DNA of 58,121 bases, counting the filler, from Sphacelaria rigidula (Eukaryota), in the NCBI GenBank assembly GCA_964200075.2. It is 5 parts of 5 records of this genome, joined end to end, with 100 filler letters (N's around TTAATTAATTAA, not from the genome) between each part and the next. Parts side by side here need not be neighbours in the genome. Positions count along the whole stretch, not along the records: positions 46,579 to 58,121 come from CAXNAA020004809.1; 4 more parts are not named here. One strand, given 5' to 3'. A model generated the notes under the pieces. That model made no database searches. It saw only the letters and a list, made by a program, of their open reading frames with translations, and was not told where the DNA came from. Both the position numbers and the translations under genes were made by a program. This document shows positions 48,947-58,121 of the stretch, piece by piece (position 1 is the stretch's first letter; the number at the start of each line of letters is the position of its first letter).

Positions 48947-49470
48947 AACACCGTTTTCGTGAGATTGAAAGTAAAGCATTGATCGAGAGTGGGTTTCATC
49001 AGTCGCTTCAACGTGACCAACTTTACATTCTGTGCGTGTTTTCTTTCCCTGTATCACTGCCGTGTGCTTACAGCTACATACCAATATCCTACTCTGGGGT
49101 GTCAAGCACACGCGGCCATTTGGCTACCCACCAAAATGCCCCCGGAGGGATGCGCGGCCCTTCCGAGGCAAAAACCAGCCTCCGGAGGCGTTCAATCCCT
49201 CTGGAGGAAACCATAAAATCTCCTCTGGAAAGCCGCGCACCCCTCCGGAGGCGTTTAATTCCTCTGGAGGCTCAAAGAGTTGACCGACTCGGAGGAAGTT
49301 TGGGGGTAGCCAGATGGCCGCGTGTGAGGGCTTCAGTGGCAAGCTACTACAGGAAGCGTATCGGGTCTTGTGGAGGGGCATTTTGGGACTGAAACTGGTC
49401 ATTCATCAATTGACCGCTTCTCACTTTCAATCGTATCCTCTCCTACTCTCAATCACACAAAAACGTTGTT
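48947..49470 (-). mobile_element. MITE family B, copy 3 (interrupted by the CAC element)
   Basis: Reverse complement of 18848-19148 once 49107-49328 is removed. Confidence 0.82.
49107..49326. mobile_element. CAC-ended element, TSD AG
   Basis: TIR cacacgcggccatttggctaccc / gggtagccagatggccgcgtgtg. The empty site is visible in the family-B copy at about 18983-18992. Confidence 0.9.
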
Positions 49471-49717
49471 TCAACCGGTTGTACCAGTCAACTTGTACCA
49501 GTTAACTGGGACTGGTCAGTTAAACTGGCAGCCAGTTTCCAACTCAACTGATTAATGTATGGGATTTCCCCCCGGCCATCGATATACTGTGAACCGAATA
49601 TTTCGGCTGTATCGCCAGGCCCTCTAATGGAAACAACCTACTCTTATTAATTTTCATAATCTATCACTATTTCCGATCGCGCGACTATACGAGCTGCTGG
49701 ATCAGCCGAGAAACGGG

Positions 49718-50096
49718 CACACGCGATCACTTGTCTACCCCCAAAATTCCTCCAGGGCGGTCGACTTTTCGAGCCTCCAGAGGAAATAAACGCTTCCGGA
49801 GGAGTGCGCGGCACTTTAGAGGGGTACACGGCCTTCCAGAGGAGTACTTCTTGTTTCGCCCAGAGTGACTAAACGCCTCCGGAGGAGACTTGCTTTGCCT
49901 CCGAAGGGCCCCGCATCTCTCCGGGGGCATTTTTCTACCCCCGAATTCCTCCGGAGGGGTGCGCGGCCGTCTAGGGCGGCGGTGTTTGGTTACCTCCAGA
50001 GGGATTTGAAGGCCTCCGGAGGAGGCTTGCCTTGCCTCTGGAGGGCCGCACATCCCTCCGGCGGCATTTTGGGGGGTAGCCAAATGGCCGCGTGTG
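49718..50096. mobile_element. CAC-ended element, TSD GG
   Basis: Same TIRs and cc(t/g)c(c/t)ggagg subterminal motifs. Confidence 0.85.
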
Positions 50097-50714
50097 GGGC
50101 GCTGTATGTCGTTAGATCATCACGGGGAATGATAACGCTGTTATCAGGGCCGGTAACATGAGCGCGGACGTCATAACTCAAGCGTGTATGATTGTGGTCG
50201 AATTCAGTAAACGGTATAGCACGGATGAACCGCAAGATCGCGGGCCAGCAAGGAGAAAGAAAAATGTGCACAAGTTGACAAGGGGCATTTCGTGAGCTTT
50301 TTCTGTGGATGTGCCTGGAATTTCGGTCCAGGGGTTATTGAGATGTGACATGCCACATCTCCGGCGTGTTGACGCCGAATTCTACAAACAACAGCTCGGA
50401 TGAACCGTAAGGTCCACGCGATCACCGGTCATAGGAGAAAAACAGAAACAAAAGGTACACGTGAAGGTGAAGGACATTTCGTGAATTTCAACAGGCAATT
50501 CTATAAAATGATGTTAGTATGCTAAAATGAGGTTCAAGCCCAAAACAGTGTTTTCTCCACACTTACAGCGATAGTTCCAAATGATCTTTTTGCGAGCCTA
50601 ATGCTCCTCGATCGCGCAGATACTTCTTCAGCGCATTTTACCGGCTCTGTGAGCTTACAGCGCTGACTGAAACCGGCGTTTTCCCTGATATCGCCCCAAC
50701 CCCCCCTCAAGAGA

Positions 50715-50835
50715 ACGCTGGAATGTTGAAGTTGTCTATATCAGGAGTAGGAACGGTGCTCCGTCTAGAAAGGGATGCGTGGTCGATGGTCAAACGACTA
50801 AGGCAAGCAGCAAATGAGTACGCCGCTCCTCCCCT
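50715..50835 (+). mobile_element. Short LINE 3' insertion with 14-bp TSD CCCCCCTCAAGAGA
   Basis: TSD at 50701-50714 and 50836-50849. The body matches about 51993-52102. Confidence 0.85.
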
Positions 50836-50845
50836 CCCCCCTCAA

Positions 50846-52108
50846 GAGAGCAGAGTTGGGGACGTACGCACTTAAAACAGAGAAGGAGGGAATCGAGGTC
50901 GCAATATAGCATAAGGAACATGCAGAGAAAGAGATTGTCAGCTATAGTTAATAGGGCTGTATGGAAGAAAAGCATGAAAGGTAAGGCTGGAATAAGGTGG
51001 GAGAAAGAAGTCGAGAGTATGGAAGAAGGGAGAAACCAAGACGAAATACTGTCCAGAGGTGAAAGCGCGGGGGAAAAGACAAAAGTAAGGGACATGATGG
51101 AAATAAGGGGGAAAGGAGCGCTCAGACGCAAAGTAGACGAGGAAGAGCACCTGAAGATATACGGGGGGTTGAAAGAGGGGATCGGGATGGAAACATATCA
51201 GCATGACCCAATGGACGCGGCGAAAAATTGAAACTGCGACTTCGGGTGGGGGACCTGGACCTGCCAGAAAGAAGAAAGAGATATACCAGTAGTCGTGTGG
51301 AGGAGGAAGCAGATGCACAGAACTGCCCCTGTGGCAAAGTAATAGAGAGCAGAAGTCATAAAGTGGCAGAGTGTGAACTATACAAGGAGGAACGGGACGT
51401 GCTGAAGGGGGAAATGCGGGATGCGAAAGAAGGTGGTATGGAATCTGTGCAGATTATGTGTTGAACATGGATATCATACGTCGATTCTCAGGCATGTAGT
51501 CAACCAGCCTGGTAGGAGCCAGTGCGGTTCAGTACAAGGTACCGACAGGAACGGTCCGGGAACCAGTACTGTAGCCAGTGTTCAGTCGAGCCAGAACGGC
51601 TCCGCGGCTCTATATTGTAAGCTCTATAGTTGGGATTTAGGGCTGAGATTCAGAGAGAGAAGGTTCAAATAGAGCTGTACACCAGCGGGTGACGTCTGAA
51701 TGAATAATGAAAAGCACGGCGATGCAGCACCCCATTCGGGTACGTCGTCTGCTCAACCCATCAAGATCTCTAGTGACAATTGCCTTGCTCCGCTATAAAA
51801 CGGTGCACTGCGAGGAAGCGCGCCACGGCCACACCAAACACCTCACAAGTGCACAGAATCGTTTGATGCATTAGACAGTAGCGAGAAAACGATGGCTATA
51901 CTAGGAGACAGATGGTGGCCACAGACGGCGAAACAGAGCCGGGATCAAATATGTACAAGGTTTTTGTGTAATGTATGGGAGAAACGTGATGAGCGCCGGA
52001 ACGTTGAAGGTGGCTCTATTAGGAGTTGGAGCGGTGCTCCGTCTCGAAAGGGATGCGTGGTCAATGGTCAAACGACTAAGGCAAGCAACAAATGAGTACG
52101 CCCCCCCC
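50846..52108 (+). mobile_element. 5'-truncated LINE (ORF2 C-terminus + 3' end + C8), interrupted by solo LTR
   Basis: Encodes RAELG.., KLRLRVGDLDLPERRK..NCPCGKVIESRSHKVAECELY and AILGDRWWPQ. Ends gagtacg-C8. Confidence 0.88.
51446..51855. mobile_element. Solo LTR (410 bp)
   Basis: TGTGCA...TGCACA termini and a 5-bp TSD GAATC at 51441-51445 and 51856-51860. The LINE copy at about 8280-8310 shows the empty site. Confidence 0.9.
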
Positions 52109-52612
52109 AAAAAAAAAAGTCAGGGAAAATGACGGTTTCGGTCAGCGCTATAAGCTCACAGAGTGGGCAAAATGCGCTGAAGAAGTATCCACGCGATCGA
52201 GGGGTATTAAGCCGAGAAAACTCATCGGGCGCCATCGCTGTAGGTGTGGGGAAAGCACTGTTTTGGGCTTGATCCTCATTTTAGCATACAGCCTCATTTT
52301 ATAGAATTGTCTGCTTTTCCCTGTTGGCGTCCCTCCGATCCCTGCTCAGGGGCCGAGATTTGACATGCCATGTTTCCGGTGTTTTGACGTCAGATTCAAT
52401 GAACGATATCTCGGATAAATCGCAAGGTCCACGCGAGCACCACGGCGATCTGCGAGATAAAAACAAAAAACAGAATGCACTCAAGAAGATGACGGAAATT
52501 TCGTGAACGTTTCCTGTTGCTGTCACTCTGATCTTGGGTAACAGGGGGCAGAAGATATGTATGTGTGTGTATGTTGTTATCCCATCTATTCTGAACGCCA
52601 GTCTACACCGTT

Positions 52613-53395
52613 CACACGCGGCCATTTGGCTACCCCCAAATTTCCTTCTGGGCGATCAACGTTTCGAGCCTCCAGAGGAATTAAACGCCTCCGGACGGGT
52701 GCGCGGCCCTCCAGAGGGATATTGTTTGGTTTAGTCCAGAGGGATTAAACGTCTCCGGAGGCTTGTTTTTGCCTCTGGAGGGCCCCGCATGCCTCAGGAG
52801 GCATTTTGCTACCCCCAAATTCTTCCGGAGGGGTGCGCGGCCCTTCAGGGCGGTAGTGTTTGGCATCTTCCAGAGGGATTGAAGACCGAACGACGGATTC
52901 TCAAAAATGGGGTTGAACAAAATAATTAGGATCAACCCGAAAGCAGTGCTTTCTCGGACCTAAAGTAATGACAAATGACTTTCATATGGATGAACTCATC
53001 CCTCGCGACCTCCCTAAAACTATTTCGGGGGATTTCTAGCCTTCCGTTCCCGCAAAGGATATGTATGAAAGCATACTTTTGCCTCGATTTCGGAGTGAAA
53101 AAGGGATGCCTTTTGGCCAAAACATCTTGCTTTCGCACATACTCTTTGGGGGAACGGAAGGTTAGCGATCCCCCGAAATATTTGTAGGGAGTTCGGGAGG
53201 GACGCGGTCGTTCATATGATAGTCATTCGTCATGACGTTTAGGTCAGGGGAAGCACTGCTTTTGAGTTGAACCTCATGTTTTTGTTCAACTCCATTTTCG
53301 AGAATCCACTGTTCACTTCCGGAGTTTTTTTTGCCTGTGGAGGACCACGCATCCCTCCGAAGGCGTTTTGGCAGGTGGCCAAATGGCTGCTTGTG
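52613..53395. mobile_element. CAC-ended element, TSD TT, with nested foldback MITE
   Basis: tt|cacacgcggccatttggctacc ... gtggccaaatggctgcttgtg|tt. Confidence 0.85.
52888..53314. mobile_element. Foldback MITE (long imperfect palindrome), flanks ACC/ACT
   Basis: The arms pair over ~180 bp. Related to 14543-14704 and 54167-54614. Confidence 0.85.
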
Positions 53396-53399
53396 TTTG

Positions 53400-53736
53400 G
53401 TATATATGCGGGCGCATCAGCCGGGTCCACACAGGAAGAAGCGGTAGGCCAACACAGGAGCTATGTATTTTCCTCCTTCTGTTCTAGTACTCCACTGCCC
53501 TTTTGCGGTGCTTGCCTTATAATTTTTATCGCGACAGAGGAATCCGGCGGCCCCTTTCCCTTGTCGACCGTGAAGAAGTCGAATGTTGTGTGTCCACTGC
53601 ATAGTCGCTCTCTCCACTGTTGGACATGGTGTGAGAAAAAATCCCAGATCGTGTGATTGCACCGAGATTCGAACCCACGACGCAACCGTACGGCAAAAGG
53701 TTTCGAGGTTACAACCGAGCCACCGGGGCGACCGGC
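53400..53736 (-). mobile_element. tRNA-derived SINE
   Basis: The minus-strand head gccggtcgccccggTGGCTCGGTTG...GGTTCGAATCtc has Pol III A- and B-box motifs but no acceptor stem. The 3' boundary is approximate. Confidence 0.75.
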
Positions 53737-53954
53737 TCGATATTATGGCATAGATCTACCATATCTCCGGCGTGTTAGCGTCAAATTCAACAAACGACAA
53801 CTCGGATGAACCGGAAGGGCCATGCAACCACTGGGGTCGGCAGAAAAAACGGCAGAATGATAATGGCAAACAAGTGGTGAGTCTCTTGATTGAACATGCA
53901 CCAAAGCCATAATATCCGACATTTTTAGACCATAGTGTATGCGTCCTAAATGAT

Positions 53955-54890
53955 AATCTGTACTACTTGGGGCACAAATCTGAGAATTTGAACCCGTCTG
54001 GTCTGTAGAAGCGATTTTCTCTCGTGGGGTGACTTTTCGGACCCCTGTCCGTCAAGCAACATTTCTCGGCTAGCTGTGAGAAAACCAGTAGATCAAAATC
54101 CGACTCTCTGGACGTTGACTTTTGGTGTTATTGTATGCCACCTCTCTGCTCTCAAATCGAGACACTTGAGAGAGTCTCCTGGGGAATGAAGTTAAACAAA
54201 AAAGGTGAGCTTCTCCGAAACAACAGTGCTTATTTTCACGACCTAAAAACATGACAAAGGACTTTCATATGGACGACCTCATGCCCCCCGACTTCCCTAG
54301 AACTCTTTAGGGAGTTTCCCGCCTTTGGTTTCGCTCCAAAAGGTATGTGCCAATGCATCCTTTTGCCTCGATTTCGGGGTGAAAAGGAAAGGGACGCTTG
54401 CAGCTCGAAAGTGGCGGTGCTTTCGCATATATGTACCCTTCGAGGGAATGGAAGATGGACGGCAAACCCTTAAAAATAGGTTCAGCGAGGTCGGGGGGCA
54501 TGAGTTTGTTCATATAAAAATCATTTGTCATAACTTCAGGTCAGGGAAGACACTGTTGTTTTGGAGTTGAACGTCATTTTACTGTTCAACCCCATTTTCG
54601 AAGAGACGCCCTTCACTCCTCCCGAGTATATGTGTGCGCGAGGGACAGACTTTGGGCGCAGATCTATTTTGATTCACGTATATTCGTGAGTGTCTCGATT
54701 TGAGCAGCAAGGTGACACACTGCCAAAAGGCAACGTCCAGAGAATCGAAGAATTGATCTTTTGGTTACATCACAGCTAGCCAAGAGACATTGCCCAACGG
54801 ACTGGGGTCTGAAAAATCAATCCAGGGCGAGAAATCGCCTGTTGTTGCAGACGGGCTGAAATCCTCAGATTCGCACAACAAGTACAGATT
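53955..54890. mobile_element. Foldback element with ~210-bp arms containing a nested MITE
   Basis: 53955-54166 pairs with about 54688-54890. GAT on both flanks. Confidence 0.8.
54167..54614. mobile_element. Foldback MITE (family of 52888-53314), TSD ACT
   Basis: Colinear with 52888-53314. ACT at 54164-54166 and 54615-54617. Confidence 0.78.
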
Positions 54891-55039
54891 GATCCCCGTA
54901 AAAAACGGTCTTACACCTCTACCTGCGCTCTCATTATCACCTTCTTTATGTAAATATAAAATCCGCTGAATATGTACATATATGTTCATATATATACATA
55001 TCTGTGAAATCCGGGCACCCTTCAGACCTCTTACACAGA

Positions 55040-57450
55040 AGTAATAATTTTGAGCACGTTGTTTACCCCCATACTCTACGTTATAGTCGCGCTACGCTGT
55101 CTCACGAATGCAACTGTACTACGCCCGAGTTGGGAGGTGGTACTATCTTCTGGGTGATCAAACGCCTCCGGAAAACATTTGCTCCTTGTCTCGTTTGAAA
55201 GTACGGACCACCAGTGCCTGGAACAGCTCCCTGAAGTTTCTGAACACCGTCCACCTGTTCAACGCCGGTCGGGATTCCTGACGGCGTATCAGTCCAATGT
55301 CATACACCGCCTGGGCACATCTAACGGCAACGTATTTCTCTCCCGTCTACCCTTACCTCCGACAAAAGTTGGTGTCAGAACAGCAGGCCGGCTCACTGAA
55401 GCCGACGAGTCTGGTATTTACAGCATCTGTCGCTGTTTCACGAAGATTCACGCTCGCGATTTTCAGTGTCCCGAAACCGGCATACACATGCCTCTCACAT
55501 GTGACACTACCTTCGCTGAAATGACGCCCGCACAGGACGACTTCGCTTTCTTTCGCGCATCCGGAACTCGTGCAAATGCATTCGTGGAGAAAACTGCGCG
55601 GCCCACTTCATCTCTAAAATCACGCGTTGCAAGATTAATACCGCGCACATGGCTATCGGCGATCGGCTCCACCTCCCATGCCTCACTCCACGTAAAACTT
55701 CACGACTCCTGCTTCAACAATTCTTGTGCACATTACGAGGCCGACGCGACCTCCAGTAGCGTCAATACCTACCTCTCCACCTTCTCGCCCTGGCGCGGAC
55801 GACGCCGATCCCCACTCCGATCCGGATATCGGCGTCGAAACTCCTGTCCTCTCGTTCATTCCACCGTTTCGCGCTCCGCTTTTTTTGGTCGTATCACCAT
55901 CGGCACAACAACTCCAAGAATATTTCGTGAGTTACTTCCATTGAGATTAGGCTAATGAACAACTAGCAAAGTTGAGTACAAACAATTAGAGTGAACGGTC
56001 CCGATCGCGTCAGATATGCTAACCCCGATTTGTACCCTCCCTGTACGTCCAGCTGACGAAGTCTACGGACTAGTGCGGAAAGTCGAACGCTTTACGACGG
56101 ATATTAACGATATGTTGCTTGTCCGCCGCGCCACGCCTCCGCCCGTTACACGCTCAGCTATGAGCATCGGCCACCGTGTGAGGTTTTCTCGGTGATAAGT
56201 CCACCCGCATTTACTGTATGTTCCTTTGCTATTACGCCCATCGGCCGTGAAGGATCGAACTGATTTGTTTCGCCACAATGCCCCTAGCGACACTAGAATG
56301 ACTTTACACGAAAATCGATATGGGAACCTCCACTTGTTTCAGGGTGCGGCCATGTTTCATGTACTAAGCACGAGAGACATCCCGACACACAGTAGATTGG
56401 GTTTTCAGTTCTGTGGCACTACCAAACAAACGCCGCCATCTTGTGCTCTTCGACCATTTCCACCAGTCACGGATCGCGGCAACACCTACATTTTCCTGCT
56501 CACTTATCTTTTTGACCTCCTCGCGGCTATGAAATCGATCGCAGTCGGTGGTTTCGCGGTGGTTGGCCCGGCCGACATCCCTGTCCATGACTACTGTAAA
56601 GATTCTGGCCGCCCGAAACGGCTACTCTCTATAAATGGTCAGCAGTTCTGCGCCGCCCTCTTTGCAGAACCGTATGGACATACGCAGGATCCCCACTAGC
56701 GCTCACCATTCTAGCGGTGAATTTACAAGAGGGTCAGTCATACTATAGCCCAAATGTCGCCGATAGCCGTGCATGACCGTCAAAACGGTCGGGACCTTCA
56801 TACCCCCCCATGTCATGCTGGCATCCAAAACTCTGATTAATGCCGCCACTTCACTCGCTCCCGATGAACTCCGCATTGGATGTTTTTTTGGACTACCACT
56901 GTCACCGTTTCCGAACATGATACGTTCGATGACCATCAAGTTTTGGAGCAGGATTAGATACCCTGCCACAACCTAGTGCTCTCTCGGCAACGCAAAGCTT
57001 ACACGTGAGTACGTGAGCGAAACAGGATCGATGATTCGCGCATCCCAATATCGAACGACGCTCTTCACAAGATCATGCTCAAGCATCCAACTTGAAGTGT
57101 TGACAATCGGGTATGGATCTACAACAGCTTGGTGATCACCCTTCGAAGGACCAGAAGGCACACCAATGATACCGTCCTTGAGACAAAGTATTCACTGATT
57201 CAACACATTCGTGTATTCCAGATCGTAATCTTTTCCCAAGTGGTGAACCATACATCCCAGCGTCCTACATTTTCGACCTTAACAACGAACCCTTCAGTCG
57301 ATACACTCTACGCAAAGGTCGGAGTCTTGGCTCTTGGGAACAGTATATCATGTATCTTTCCTCGAGGAAATCGCATCAAGCCAGAACAACCTTTTCGCCA
57401 GATTGAGTGACCAGCATTTGATTGAGTATACTTCTAATAGGAAGACGTTG
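55040..57450 (+). pseudogene. pol: Heavily decayed Ty3/Gypsy pol (RNase H + integrase), distinct from the contig-1 element
   Basis: RNase H SRATL..E.N.T..EL..GTIFWVIKRLR, TDHQCLE..VQRR..FL.AY and NGN..FLSRLPLP. Integrase GNTYIFLLT, GRPKRLLSINGQQFCA and PHVMLA..INAATSLAPDE, with C-terminal VWIYN..KYSL. Confidence 0.85.
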
Positions 57451-58121
57451 TTTCCATGTGTTCCATCGACGGGTTGGAACAATTAAGTGTCTGAACGCCC
57501 CTTGTAAATTATGCCAATTCAACAAATCATCTGCTCCGCTAGCGTTCAAAGGGTTGAGAGGAGTGACGTTGCAAAACACTTTTAAATGTGAGGTCGTTGA
57601 CTATACGATTACTAACAGGGAACGGCACGCTTTGTTGGACGAACACTAACAGAAGATGGATGACCATGTAACGCATCGGAGCACTCATCCACGTAACGCA
57701 CCATCGTACATTCAAATCTTCCCCATTATTTTGCAAGTGAAAATGGGCTGAAAAGCGCACACTCGATGTAATGCTAGACAGTCAATCTGGCGAAACGGAT
57801 GTTCGACGTTATACGTAGGGTTGAATCAAATACCCATGGTGGGCGAGTAAGAACAAGGAGCCGATTTCGTCAAAGTGTTGCATTTGAAGAGATTGCTGTA
57901 TCTTCGCTGTATGTTGTGGGATCGGCAACCTAAAGACGGTATGATGTTGCCGTGAGCAAGGGCGTCAACCTTCGTTCGGGTTGCATCGGCTGTACAGTGT
58001 GATATAGATGGAGGTAGACACAGGGTCCACGCCTTCCTAGCTATGATCAGTGTGCTGCAGGCTTGAGTAGGTGCACAAACGCACCAGGTGTCCGAGTAAA
58101 GCAAGCTGCAAATGCACACGT

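Larger units (their letters stand above)
50493..52312. mobile_element. Foldback element with ~195-bp arms, centre invaded by LINE fragments
   Basis: 50493-50689 is the reverse complement of 52120-52312. Confidence 0.85.
50140..52510 (+). repeat. ~190-bp tandem repeat array split by nested insertions
   Basis: Units at about 50140-50330, 50330-50492 and 52313-52510 share cggat(g/a)aa.cg.aag and atttcgtga. A solitary unit lies at about 53755-53850. Confidence 0.6.

Noticed and set aside
53657-53736. Functional tRNA gene
   Set aside because: A/B boxes are present but the 5' and 3' ends do not form an acceptor stem and the anticodon arm is irregular. Better explained as a SINE head.
1-58121. Fanzor/TnpB, Helitron Rep-helicase or giant-virus core genes
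   Set aside because: No RuvC plus zinc-finger, HUH/helicase or NCLDV hallmark motifs were recognised in the ORF track or in the read-through translations I examined.

Overview
Eukaryotic, repeat-dense nuclear DNA, most likely from a brown alga or related stramenopile (inference from gene structure, TTAGGG-type repeats and repeat style; not provable here). The window is probably not one locus. Four 100-bp N/TTAATTAATTAA linkers join five pieces of 11,545, 11,545, 11,544, 11,544 and 11,543 bp, which looks like unplaced contigs sorted by size. Contig 1 (1-11545) holds a decayed Ty1/Copia pol, a chromodomain-bearing Ty3/Gypsy element with both LTRs nested just downstream (GGTG target-site duplication, TSD), and a decayed APE-RT LINE. 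Contigs 2-3 hold many MITEs (TA-, TTAA- and ANT-TSD types, one carrying telomeric repeats), a pogo/Fot-like DD35D transposase pseudogene and unidentified decayed ORFs. Contig 4 holds nine phase-compatible exons of one very large (>2,400 aa), low-complexity, partial host gene. Contig 5 holds multi-layer nests of CAC-ended 2-bp-TSD elements, foldback MITEs, LINE 3' fragments, a solo LTR, a tRNA-derived SINE and a second decayed Gypsy pol. The most interesting signal is a LINE family whose 3' ends run into oligo(C) rather than poly(A). One copy has a clean 14-bp TSD beginning with C6, suggesting poly(C)-tailed/poly(C)-targeting retrotransposition. No CRISPR, rRNA, genuine tRNA or intact autonomous transposon was found.
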